A stretch of 64,000 nt of DNA from an uncultured Acidobacteriota bacterium. Its GTDB lineage: Bacteria; Acidobacteriota; Blastocatellia; RBC074. The notes beneath the pieces are model-generated. The model was not told the DNA's origin. It saw only the letters and a list, made by a program, of their open reading frames with translations, and did no database searches. This document shows, in pieces, positions 32,784 to 42,127 of the stretch. Location: NCBI GenBank assembly GCA_963796275.1, contig CAWCKY010000006.1:1280001-1344000 (forward strand), in the 5' to 3' direction. The position numbers and the translations under genes were made by a program. Positions within the stretch are counted from its first letter, which is position 1; each line of letters starts with the position of its first letter.

Positions 32784-33749
32784 ATGAAAAGATCAAAAAA
32801 GACATTTATCGGAATGGCATTTCTAGGACTAGCTTTGGCGGCTATATCCGCTTTTGTTCTGATGGGTAAATATTCGGTTAGTGCGGCTGCGGCATCGAGT
32901 GCAAGCGCCGCAGTGCAAAGCATGAATATGCCGGTCCAAATATTTGCCGCGACTACCGATAACACACTTTATTACCTCCCGCCTGGCGGCAACACCTATT
33001 TCTCTCTCGGGAGGATCAACGGTATCCTGGGCTTCGACGTGATCGGATTGGATTTTCGTCCGGCTGACCGAAAACTTTATGCCCTGACTGATGGTGGGAG
33101 ACTTTACACCGTTAACTTCAATGTCTCTCCACCGACCGCCACCCTGGTGAGCACCTTGACACCTCGTTTCCCGTCGGGCTTCCAATCGCTCATGGACTTC
33201 AATCCGGTCGTCGATGCGATACGTCTCATCGGGAGTAATACTGCGAACTTTGCCGTTGTCAAAGACGCCAACGGCATCCTCAATACAACTGCAGTACAGA
33301 CCTCTCTGACCTATGCGGCAGGAGATGTCAATGCAGGCGTTGTCCCGGTGGTCCCTGCCGGATCGTATACCAATAACCAAGCTGGCGCGACAACCACTAT
33401 CTTTTATGGAATCGACACCCAGCAAGATACTCTCGTGACGATCGCGAATATAGTTAATGGCAGCTCGGCCACAGGCGGAGGTGTACTGAAGACTCTTGGT
33501 CCTCTTGTAGATGTTAATAACAATCGGATTACCTGCAATGATTTGGCCGACATCGATATCGTCACCATGAACGGGACTAATTTCCTGATCGGCGTCAGCC
33601 GCGAGTTAACGTTCCAAATCGATCTTGGCCAGATCGATCCAAATCAGCCACTGGGGACAACGAAGAACGTGGTTGTTCGGGGGTTTGGCTTCCCCACCAG
33701 TCCGACGGCCAGGTCTTCATTTATCGACATTGCCGCTTCAATTCCGTAA
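32784..33749 (+). CDS. Secreted DUF4394-domain protein, paralog 2
   Basis: Signal peptide; IGLDFRPADRKLYAL and DFNPVVDAIRLIG; shares the segment NFAVVKDANGILNTTAVQT exactly with paralog 1. Confidence 0.8.
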   Translation: MKRSKKTFIGMAFLGLALAAISAFVLMGKYSVSAAAASSASAAVQSMNMPVQIFAATTDNTLYYLPPGGNTYFSLGRINGILGFDVIGLDFRPADRKLYALTDGGRLYTVNFNVSPPTATLVSTLTPRFPSGFQSLMDFNPVVDAIRLIGSNTANFAVVKDANGILNTTAVQTSLTYAAGDVNAGVVPVVPAGSYTNNQAGATTTIFYGIDTQQDTLVTIANIVNGSSATGGGVLKTLGPLVDVNNNRITCNDLADIDIVTMNGTNFLIGVSRELTFQIDLGQIDPNQPLGTTKNVVVRGFGFPTSPTARSSFIDIAASIP

Positions 33750-33786
33750 CCGGATTGCTTGAAAACAGTTCTAACTTGGTTGGAAA

Positions 33787-33822
33787 TTGGAGAAGAGGAA
33801 TGACCATCATTCCTCTTTTCAA
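33787..33822 (+). terminator. Terminator-like hairpin after DUF4394 paralog 2
   Basis: TTGGAGAAGAGGAATGA-CCA-TCATTCCTCTTTTCAA. Confidence 0.55.
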
Positions 33823-33868
33823 CTTAGGGACTCCTTCTCTCGCTGGCAGGCGAGAGTAGAAGGCAAGT

Positions 33869-33949
33869 CTCAACACAAAGGGTCGAAGGGTCAAAGTAAA
33901 CAAACCAGAGTCGCTTTGGCCATTTGGCCATTTGGTCCTTTATGTTGAG
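33869..33949. repeat. Octamer (AAAGGGTC) inverted-repeat hairpin downstream of DUF4394 paralog 2
   Basis: CTCAACACAAAGGGTCGAAGGGTCAAAG ... CTTTGGCCATTTGGCCATTTGGTCCTTTATGTTGAG. Confidence 0.75.
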
Positions 33950-34185
33950 TCTTTTGTTTACTTTTGACTGCCAAGATGTTTCTTTTTCTCGCCTTCCCTC
34001 CTAAAATATCCCCGGCCACCCGCTAATACCCGTAGGAGTGTCTTTCAAATTCCCACGGTTTTGGCTTCTTAAAACGACGAGTGCATTGAGTCAGTGCCGG
34101 AAGGGAATATCTACTCGGCGCGTAATCTCTGGTCTCACGTAGCCGCACGCATCTTCCGTACACCTCACATCCAAAGGAGTTTCTT

Positions 34186-37100
34186 GTGCGATCCCCTAAA
34201 TACTTCCCACAGTTCGTCATTGGAATGTCGTTATTGACCTGTCTTATTTGCTTCGACCGACATTTTGGCACTTCCTCTCTGGCGCAATCAAGCGACGCCG
34301 AGGCCATTCGCAGTCTGGTCGGGAAACTCTTCGAGTCATATCAGCAGAAAGACCTTAGCAAAATGCTCTCCGTTTGGAGTGAAAAATCTCCTTACCTAGC
34401 CGAGAACAATAAAGCCTTACAGCAGGAATTTGCCACCTATGAAAGAGTTGTCATGAAGCGCTTTTACATTTATCAGATGCAGAGCACTGTCGATAAAGCT
34501 AGGGTGCGAGTTGCGGCTGATTTAGTTCTTACTGAGCCTAATATGGAAAAGCCCATCGAAAAGGCCGAGAAGAAGACTCGGACGATTCACTTGGTGAACG
34601 AGGGCGGGAGGTGGAAGGTATGGAGACTCATTGCCAGGGAGGAAGACCAGGCCGCTGCAATCATAGCAGCGAAAACAGAGGAAGAGCGGAATAACTTGAT
34701 AGGGAAAGATCCTACTCTCATTACTTCCGATTTTGTCTCCTCCCTAGTCAATCTGAATTATTCTTCTGCTGTCTACGGTGATTACCAACGCGCGATCACG
34801 ATCAATCAACTTGCCTATAAACTCGCCGAGCAGATCGGCGATCAATCGGTGATGGCTGAAGCGCTCATAAACGCCGGCTGCATCTATGGTATAACAGGCA
34901 CACCAGAAATATCTCATGAACGGGCGCTGGAATATTTTCGAAAAAGTTTAAAGATCGGAGAAGCATTTGGATATAAAGAGATAATTGCCGTGTCACTGAT
35001 TCGCGCCGCAATTATATATATGAATATAGGCAAGCATTCACAAGCTGCGGAATATTATCGGAAGTGTCTCAGACTGTTTGAAGAATTGGGAGATTACGAG
35101 ATGACGTTTGCGGCGACGACTAACCTGGCAAATATCTATCTTTCAAATGGCAATTATGCCAACGCTCTGGAACTGCAGTTGAAATGCCTGAAGATGTCCG
35201 AAGGGAGGCTTCAGTCCGGTGCAGATTGGGCGAGACTATCGGCAGCGTCGGGAAATATTGGCATGACTTTCTTCTCCCAGGGTAACAATGAGCAGGCATT
35301 GGCTTATATCCAGAACGGAATTGGAGCTGCGGAAAAGGGAATTATGTTAGGAGATGTCTTCTCTAAGTTGTACAGGGTTAATTTACTGGTAAACATGGGG
35401 TATACCTATGGCGCCAAGGGTAGTTATTCTCTAGCGCGGAATTATTTTCAGAAGGGCTTAGATATCATAGAGGGATTTGACTCGGTAGCAGGAGGACTTA
35501 AAGAGAGTCGCATATACGAACTCACATTTTTAATGGGAGAAGTTATGGCTGCAGAAAATGAGATACCTCAGGCAATCGCCAAGTATCAGGAGGTACTCCG
35601 GCTGGCAGAAAAATCTAGAGATGGATCAAGGATGGCGCTCCCCTCTTCAAGGCTCAGTAATATCTATCTCTTGCAGAGGGATTATCGTGAAGCATTAAGC
35701 TTTGGACAACAAGCGGTCAATGCTGCCGAACAAGTGGGGCAAAAGTACAATCTCTCTAGTGCTCTGGTATCAACTGCTAAAGCATATCAGAAGCTCGGCC
35801 GTCCGGAAGAGGCTCGTCAGGCATTGACCAGGGCCATCGATATTGCCGAACAATTACGAGAGCAGTTCGCTGGCGGCGAACTCGACCGCCAACGCTCTTT
35901 TGAAACCGTAGTGACTCCATACCAGACGATGATCGATTTCCAGATCGATCAAAAACGATTCACCGAAGCTTTCTCATACACTCAACAGGCAAAATGTCGT
36001 ACCCTCCTCGAACTCTTGCAAAACGGCCGGGTTAACATTGGAAAATCGATTTCCCCAGCAGAGCGTGAACAAGAGCAACAACTGAGCCGCAAGATCGGGT
36101 CTCTTAACCGTCAAATTACCGATGAGAAGATGAAATCTCAACCTAACAAAAAACGGGTCGCGGAGGTGGAGGAGCAGTTGAAAAAAGCCCGTCTAGAGTT
36201 TGAGGCTTTTCAGACCGCTTTGTATGTCGCCCATCCTGAGCTCAAAGTGCAGCGCGGCCAGATTCAACCGCGGTCCTTTGAGGATGCGATCGACCTCATT
36301 CCCGATTTCAAGACTGCCTTGTTGGATTTCATCGTCACAGACGAAAATGTCCACCTCTTCGTCCTGACTAAAGATGCTCCCAGTCAACAGACCTTGAACA
36401 CTTATACCATCAGCATCGAACGCAAATCGCTGACTGAGAAAGTCGAGCGCTACCGTGGCCGTATGGCAAACAGGGATTACGACTTCCAGAAGCTCTCCCA
36501 CGAGCTGTATGACTTGCTGATAAAACCGGCACAGAAGCAACTGAAGAACAAAACCAATCTCATCATCTCTCCCGATGGCATGCTTTGGGAATTGCCCTTC
36601 CAGACCTTGCTATCTCCGGAACTCCACTACTTGATTGAAGACGCCGCGATCTCATATGCACCATCTCTCTCCGTGCTGAGAGAGATGCAACTCGTCCGCG
36701 AGAAGCAGCAGGCGCCAGCGAAGGCGTCCTTACTGGCGCTGGGCGACCCGGCGCTGGGACAACGGAGTAAGGAATTGGTCAAGTTTGTGAAGATGGATGC
36801 TGAGCTGCTGCCATTGCCCGAGGCGGCGGATCAAGTCAGAGTGTTGGGCCGCTTATACGGCCCGACGTTCAGTAAGGTTTACACAGGTCCTGCAGCTAAA
36901 GAAGACGTGGTCAAAGAGCAATCGGCCAGCTATCGCATTCTGCACCTCGCCACCCACGGCATCCTTAACGACGCCAGTCCGATGTACTCGCACGTTATGT
37001 TGTCTCAGACACCGGGAAAAAGTGATGAGGATGGATTGCTGGAAGCCTGGGAGATGATGAATCTCGATCTGAATGCCGACCTGGTGGTACTTGCCGCCTG

Positions 37101-37395
37101 CGAGACGGGGAGGGGGAGAGCCAGAGCGGGGGAGGGAGTGATCGGGATGAGTTGGGCGTTATTCGTCGCCGGATGTCCGAGGACGGTGGTCAGTCAATGG
37201 AAAGTGGAGGCCTCGAGCACGACTGCCCTGATGGTAGAGTTCCACAAGAGGTTCAAGACGAGATACGGCGGGCGGCAACCGGCGGTCTCCACTGCGGAGG
37301 CGATGAGGCGGGCGGCATTGAAGGTGATGAAAAATCCGGAATATGCGCACCCATTCTACTGGGGCGGATTCGTCGTGGTCGGCGACGGAAACTAA
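34186..37395 (+). CDS. Exported TPR-repeat CHAT-domain (caspase-like) protease with an N-terminal NTF2/SnoaL-like domain
   Basis: Signal-peptide-like N-terminus; LVNEGGRWKV at the end of an NTF2-like domain; multiple TPR helices; CHAT motifs ISPDGMLWELPF, ISYAPS, LHLATHG, VVLAACETG and HPFYWGGF. Confidence 0.9.
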   Translation: MRSPKYFPQFVIGMSLLTCLICFDRHFGTSSLAQSSDAEAIRSLVGKLFESYQQKDLSKMLSVWSEKSPYLAENNKALQQEFATYERVVMKRFYIYQMQSTVDKARVRVAADLVLTEPNMEKPIEKAEKKTRTIHLVNEGGRWKVWRLIAREEDQAAAIIAAKTEEERNNLIGKDPTLITSDFVSSLVNLNYSSAVYGDYQRAITINQLAYKLAEQIGDQSVMAEALINAGCIYGITGTPEISHERALEYFRKSLKIGEAFGYKEIIAVSLIRAAIIYMNIGKHSQAAEYYRKCLRLFEELGDYEMTFAATTNLANIYLSNGNYANALELQLKCLKMSEGRLQSGADWARLSAASGNIGMTFFSQGNNEQALAYIQNGIGAAEKGIMLGDVFSKLYRVNLLVNMGYTYGAKGSYSLARNYFQKGLDIIEGFDSVAGGLKESRIYELTFLMGEVMAAENEIPQAIAKYQEVLRLAEKSRDGSRMALPSSRLSNIYLLQRDYREALSFGQQAVNAAEQVGQKYNLSSALVSTAKAYQKLGRPEEARQALTRAIDIAEQLREQFAGGELDRQRSFETVVTPYQTMIDFQIDQKRFTEAFSYTQQAKCRTLLELLQNGRVNIGKSISPAEREQEQQLSRKIGSLNRQITDEKMKSQPNKKRVAEVEEQLKKARLEFEAFQTALYVAHPELKVQRGQIQPRSFEDAIDLIPDFKTALLDFIVTDENVHLFVLTKDAPSQQTLNTYTISIERKSLTEKVERYRGRMANRDYDFQKLSHELYDLLIKPAQKQLKNKTNLIISPDGMLWELPFQTLLSPELHYLIEDAAISYAPSLSVLREMQLVREKQQAPAKASLLALGDPALGQRSKELVKFVKMDAELLPLPEAADQVRVLGRLYGPTFSKVYTGPAAKEDVVKEQSASYRILHLATHGILNDASPMYSHVMLSQTPGKSDEDGLLEAWEMMNLDLNADLVVLAACETGRGRARAGEGVIGMSWALFVAGCPRTVVSQWKVEASSTTALMVEFHKRFKTRYGGRQPAVSTAEAMRRAALKVMKNPEYAHPFYWGGFVVVGDGN

Positions 37396-37553
37396 AATGG
37401 GTTGGCGCAAAGCGCGAAGAATCTCGATTCAAAGAGAACAAAGCCCGAGTCGCGGGTTATTAAAATCACGGGGGCATGGGGAAAATGTGGGATTGCTCTT
37501 TTGTTTCATATATCTTTCCTCACTCTCACGCTATTCATTCGAAAGGAAAACAC

Positions 37554-38444
37554 ATGAAGAAACTCAGCCTCAGTCTATTTGCGATCCTGTTTTGCAACTT
37601 TTTCACAGGCAATGTCCTTGCTCAGTCTGACAAAGTCTCGCTTCTCATCGCTCCCAGACCGAATCAGACGAGCCGGAATACGATGACCCAGGAGATGGTG
37701 ATGGAGATCACCTTTGATGGCGAAGTCCCCGAGCCATTGGCGGCTATGAAGACAATGAAGATCGAGATGAAATCGGTGCTGGGAATGGTTCAGAAAATTG
37801 GCCCCGTGGACAAGGACGGGCGGATCGAGGCGGAGATCACTTTCGATCAGGCGAGTTCGGAAATGACAATGGGTGGCAACTCGCTTCCCCTCGATGGCAT
37901 GGATAAGTTTATCGGCAAGAAATCCAAAATAATATATGACAGCAAGGGCGAGGCAATAGATTTCATCATACCCGACGATGTGAGCATCCCACGCGAGTCA
38001 TTAAAAAAGATGATGCAATCGATATATGGGAATTGGCCAAAGGAGCCCATGAGCATTGGTGAGACCGCAATATTACCTCTGAATATGGATTTCCCGATTC
38101 CATTGCCAGGCGCTCCCCCGATCAAATTCGATGGTCAGGTGAAAACAAAACTGGTCGCGCTGGATAACGCTGCCGAAGGGCGGATCGCCAAACTCGATCA
38201 AACAACCGAAGCGAAGATAATCAATACGATGAATCTCGACTCGCCCTCCGGAAAATTAGCGATGAATATTGACCTCAAAATGAGCGGTGGCGGTATATCT
38301 CAAATCATCGTCGACAAAGGTTTGGTGAAGGCGTCGGAGATGAAGCTGACTATTGATGGGAAGATCGGCATTACCACGGATTCTCAAATACCTGACATGT
38401 TGGTGAAAGGAACGATTAAGATCACAGTTACTGGCACGAATTAG
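37554..38444 (+). CDS. Secreted beta-rich hypothetical protein (DUF6263-like)
   Basis: RBS AAAGGA; signal peptide MKKLSLSLF...VLAQ; WPKEPMSIGET resembles the LPxxPVKVGDSW motif. The family call is tentative. Confidence 0.6.
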   Translation: MKKLSLSLFAILFCNFFTGNVLAQSDKVSLLIAPRPNQTSRNTMTQEMVMEITFDGEVPEPLAAMKTMKIEMKSVLGMVQKIGPVDKDGRIEAEITFDQASSEMTMGGNSLPLDGMDKFIGKKSKIIYDSKGEAIDFIIPDDVSIPRESLKKMMQSIYGNWPKEPMSIGETAILPLNMDFPIPLPGAPPIKFDGQVKTKLVALDNAAEGRIAKLDQTTEAKIINTMNLDSPSGKLAMNIDLKMSGGGISQIIVDKGLVKASEMKLTIDGKIGITTDSQIPDMLVKGTIKITVTGTN

Positions 38445-38652
38445 CCTAAAACCAATTGCAGAGCATACTGCAGCCGCTTTTGCTTATTAGCGAGCCAGAG
38501 AACATGTGGCGTCGATCCTTTCTCGCTAAGCCTTTCATATTTGCCCGGGATGGTTTATAGAAGAGGCGAGTTTTGGCAGATATAAACTGAAACTGCTCAA
38601 TACCGTCATTCAAATTTCCAGACGAACTATCAAATCCGAAAGGAAGGACACG

Positions 38653-39606
38653 ATGAACCGTAGGGATTTTATCGTCACGGGTCTTGCCTCCGGCGCTTCG
38701 ACGCTGGCCGCATCGAATGCATTGGCGGGGAACGCGAAGTTCGCCGATCCGATCAACGCCGAACCAGTCCGCAAATTCAAGCTCAACTACGCGCCGCACT
38801 TCGGCATGTTCAAGCTGCACACGGGCGACGATCTCGTCGCTCAACTGAAGTTCTTTCACGATCAGGGCTTCACTGCGATCGAAGACAACGGTCTGCCCGG
38901 TCGTCCCGTCGTCGATCAGGAGAAGATCGGCAAGACGCTCGCTGACTTGAAGATGACGATGGGCGTCTTCGTGGCCAACAAGGATTTCGACAAACCGACA
39001 TTCGCCATCGCCACCTGGAAGCCGGAGGTGCGCGAGCCGATCCTCAAGGATATCCGCGACGCGGTCGAGATCGCCAAACGCGTCAACGCCAAATGGTGCA
39101 CAGTCGTGCCAGGTTGCCACGACGAGCGATTGGATTGGGAGTATCAAACAGCCAGTGTGATCGATATGTTCCGCCGCTGCGCCGAGATTTGCGAGAAGGC
39201 GGGGCTGGTGATGGTGATGGAGCCGCTCAACAATCGCCGCGATCACCCGAAGCTATTTCTGACCAGGATCGGCCAGGGTTATCAGATATGCCGCGCTGTC
39301 AACAGCCCGTCGGTCAAAATCCTTTATGACATGTACCACCAGCAGATTACCGAGGGGAACATCATTCCTAACATCGATCTGGCCTGGGAAGAGACCGCTT
39401 ACTTCCAGGCTGGAGATCATCCCGGTCGCAAGGAGCCGACGACGGGCGAGATGAATTACCGCAACATCTTTAAGCACATCTACAGTAAAGGTTTTAAGGG
39501 TGTGGTCGGAATGGAGCACGGCGTCCAGAACAATAAGACTAAAGAAGGCGAGATGGCTTGTATTCAAGCTTATGTCTCGAGCGATAACTTCGAGAACAAC
39601 AGTTGA
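38653..39606 (+). CDS. Tat-exported hydroxypyruvate-isomerase-like (xylose-isomerase TIM barrel) protein
   Basis: Tat signal MNRRDF; MEPLN, KILYDMYHQQITEGN, DHPGRKEPTTGE and GMEH. Confidence 0.88.
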   Translation: MNRRDFIVTGLASGASTLAASNALAGNAKFADPINAEPVRKFKLNYAPHFGMFKLHTGDDLVAQLKFFHDQGFTAIEDNGLPGRPVVDQEKIGKTLADLKMTMGVFVANKDFDKPTFAIATWKPEVREPILKDIRDAVEIAKRVNAKWCTVVPGCHDERLDWEYQTASVIDMFRRCAEICEKAGLVMVMEPLNNRRDHPKLFLTRIGQGYQICRAVNSPSVKILYDMYHQQITEGNIIPNIDLAWEETAYFQAGDHPGRKEPTTGEMNYRNIFKHIYSKGFKGVVGMEHGVQNNKTKEGEMACIQAYVSSDNFENNS

Positions 39607-39622
39607 AAGTTTTTCGAATTAC

Positions 39623-40039
39623 GTTTGGAGTTCCGCCTTCAGGCGGTCAGAAACATAGATTCGGAAAGGGAAGACCGCGTAAACGCGGAACTCCAAACGC
39701 GGAACTCCAAGCACCCAATCGCAAACGCGATGTTTGGAGTTCCGCCTTCAGGCGGTCAGAAACATAGATTCGGAAAGGAAAGACCGCGTAAACGCGGAAC
39801 TCCAAACGCGGAACTCCACGCACCCAATCGCAAACGCGATGTTTGGAGTTCCGCCTTCAGACGGTCAGAAACATAGATTCGGAAAGGGAAGACCCCGTAA
39901 ACGCGGAACTCCAAACGCGGAACTCCAAGCACCCAATCGCAAACGCGATGTTTGGAGTTCCGCCTTCAGGCGATCAGAAACATAGATTCGGAAAGGGAAG
40001 ACCGCGTAAACGCGGAACTCCAAACGCGGAACTCCAAAC
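39623..40039. repeat. Tandem array of 109-bp REP/BIME-like units (about 3.8 copies)
   Basis: Units start at 39623, 39732, 39841 and 39950. Each contains GTTTGGAGTTCCGCCTTCAGGCGG ... CCGCGTAAACGCGGAACTCCAAAC inverted arms plus a duplicated CGCGGAACTCCAA. Copies differ by only a few substitutions. Confidence 0.95.
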
Positions 40040-40047
40040 AAGAAACG

Positions 40048-40533
40048 TTATGGGCCCTGGGGCCCATTGTTTTTCCAATCGCTCATTAATGCGGTACACG
40101 CTGTTTTAACAGCACTGCCAAGACTTCGCGCGGATCCGCTCTCCACTGCATCACCATCCTTATTGAAGATTGCGAATTTATTGTCTTTTTCCCAGACCTG
40201 TTTCCCTCCTTCATGGTCGAAGGTGAGAGTGTAATCCGCGCGGTCCTTCTTGTTTGTAATCGTGAAGGCGGGGCAATTTTTTTTAAACGTTTTGATGAGC
40301 TCCGCGGTTTGCCCGCGAGCCCCTCCGCGCACACCGCCTCCGCCGGTTCCGTCGGCTGTACCAGCAGAGCCGCTCACCTCCCAAGACGTACTTGTTTCAA
40401 TATATAGTCGAGGTTTAGGCGAATCTTCTTGAGCGGCAGAGGACCCGAGAACTACGCCCGTAATTGCTAAAATCAAAATCGTGATGCTTAAAATCAGAAT
40501 CGTGATGCTTATTTTGAATATGTGATGACGCAT
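40048..40533 (-). CDS. Secreted hypothetical protein
   Basis: Signal peptide containing a 21-nt tandem duplication (SITILIL x2); Gly-rich linker then GGARGQTAELIKTFKKNCP; probable start ATG 40533. Confidence 0.75.
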   Translation of the reverse strand: MRHHIFKISITILILSITILILAITGVVLGSSAAQEDSPKPRLYIETSTSWEVSGSAGTADGTGGGGVRGGARGQTAELIKTFKKNCPAFTITNKKDRADYTLTFDHEGGKQVWEKDNKFAIFNKDGDAVESGSARSLGSAVKTACTALMSDWKNNGPQGP

Positions 40534-41189
40534 AATTTCTCTTTTAGTCATACGATTGTTAGGCGGCAACGATCGCGAAGATAATTAATTTTATTCGCGA
40601 GCCCCCTCAGAAATCAGCTTCGGTAAGGTAAGTCAGAAAATCGAGTCATTAGTAGGAATAGGAGAGCATCCTTGATTCATCAATTACCCCCTTGACTTAC
40701 CGCACATAAGCAAATGCTCTCCTACTCCGATATTGATAATAAACATATCTGGTATCAGCTTCCTGACCTGCCCTGACAGCTAATACAACGGTTTTCAGAT
40801 AAATAAGCAAATGGTCGCTACGGCCGGAGCCAATTGCGGTCGTACAGATTCGCTGTTCAACTAAATTTTCGCTCCAAAGCGCCCCGCAATTCTTCAAAGA
40901 TATACATTCGTCCGAAACCCCTAGTAACTAAAAAGTTTCTGCCCATTTTCTTTCAATGCATGCGCTGTCAGGATCCTGTCAGAAGCGGATGGAACAGGGG
41001 TCTACTGTAATAATAAGTTTGCAACTACGGACGCCAGGAATGAGACCAGGACTGAATTAATAAGTCAGCTTCAGTTTATAAATATACGGAGGCAACACAC
41101 TGTGGATGCCTGAGGTATAAAATATTTTGTTTACTTTTCACTATTTTGTCTCGCCTTTCTTTGATGAGGCCTGATTTTTATAGTTTTGC

Positions 41190-42110
41190 TTGGATTATTA
41201 TTTAATGGTTATGCGAGGCCAGAGAAAATCGACATCCCCCACAAGCGACCTGCATGTTGGATATACTCCAGTAATATCCCTGCCGGAACTATCGAATTAC
41301 TTCAAGATCAAACATCTATGGGTAAAAGATGAAAGCGTGAACCCCTTTGGTACGCATAAAGACCGCAAGTCAATGACCGTTGTCCGTAAGGCAATGAGGT
41401 TGGCCGCAGCGATGCGGCCGGAGGCATTCTGCATTCTTACTGCGGGCAATGCCGGGTTGTCGCTGGCCAGGTTTGCCTCGGCGTCCTCTATTCCGGTCAT
41501 TGCATTTATCAGCGAAGGCGGTATATCGCCGATCCAGAAGACCGAGCTGGAATTCGCATGTGAGAGAGTCGTCTGCCTGGATTTGAACGGGCACGAATGG
41601 AATTCGCGAGAGTTATGTGACATTGCGGAGGCGACCCTCGGCCGGCGCGTCCTCGATGTGACAAACGGCGTTATCGATCCTTATTCCGACATCGTAAGGG
41701 AAATATGCCTGCTAAATCCGGAACGCCAGCCCGATGTAATAGTTATGCCTGTAGGTTGCGGCGAGCTCTTTCTTGGTGTCGTGCGTGGTTTGAAAAGGCA
41801 CGGCCTCAGAGCGCGACTGGTCGGGGTAACGACTCGGGAACAGTCCATCGCCGACAAACTCTATGCCAGATGGAGACCGCACGGTAATCACGTCACCGAA
41901 CTGACCCTTAACGGCTCACCTCATCACCTATTAAATCTGAACGATGAATCATTATTACTCGATACTTACAACTGGCTCAGTCACACTAATCTCGTTAAAT
42001 GCGAGCCATCGAGCGCGGCGGCGTTTACAGCCTTATTTAATATCAAATCCCAAATAAAACCCGACGAAAAGGTGATGGTGATCAACACAGGCACTTTTTC
42101 TTTAAATTAA
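41190..42110 (+). CDS. Compact fold-type II PLP-dependent enzyme (threonine synthase / cysteine synthase-like)
   Basis: GYTPV, WVKDESVNPFGTHKDR (Schiff-base Lys), TAGNAG, PVGCGE, EPSSAAA and VINTG; start uncertain (41190, 41205 or 41211). Confidence 0.85.
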   Translation: MDYYLMVMRGQRKSTSPTSDLHVGYTPVISLPELSNYFKIKHLWVKDESVNPFGTHKDRKSMTVVRKAMRLAAAMRPEAFCILTAGNAGLSLARFASASSIPVIAFISEGGISPIQKTELEFACERVVCLDLNGHEWNSRELCDIAEATLGRRVLDVTNGVIDPYSDIVREICLLNPERQPDVIVMPVGCGELFLGVVRGLKRHGLRARLVGVTTREQSIADKLYARWRPHGNHVTELTLNGSPHHLLNLNDESLLLDTYNWLSHTNLVKCEPSSAAAFTALFNIKSQIKPDEKVMVINTGTFSLN

Positions 42111-42127
42111 CGTATCCGTAACTCCGG

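Noticed and set aside
39623-40039. Possible CRISPR array, and the three staggered 83-88 aa ORFs over it
   Set aside because: The whole 109-bp unit repeats, so there are no unique spacers, and no cas genes are present. The ORFs are by-products of the repeat period.
40697-40897. 66-aa minus-strand ORF upstream of the PLP gene as a fourth component or peptide substrate
   Set aside because: It has a TTG start, no RBS and no precursor-like features. It cannot be supported, though ribosome profiling could revisit it.
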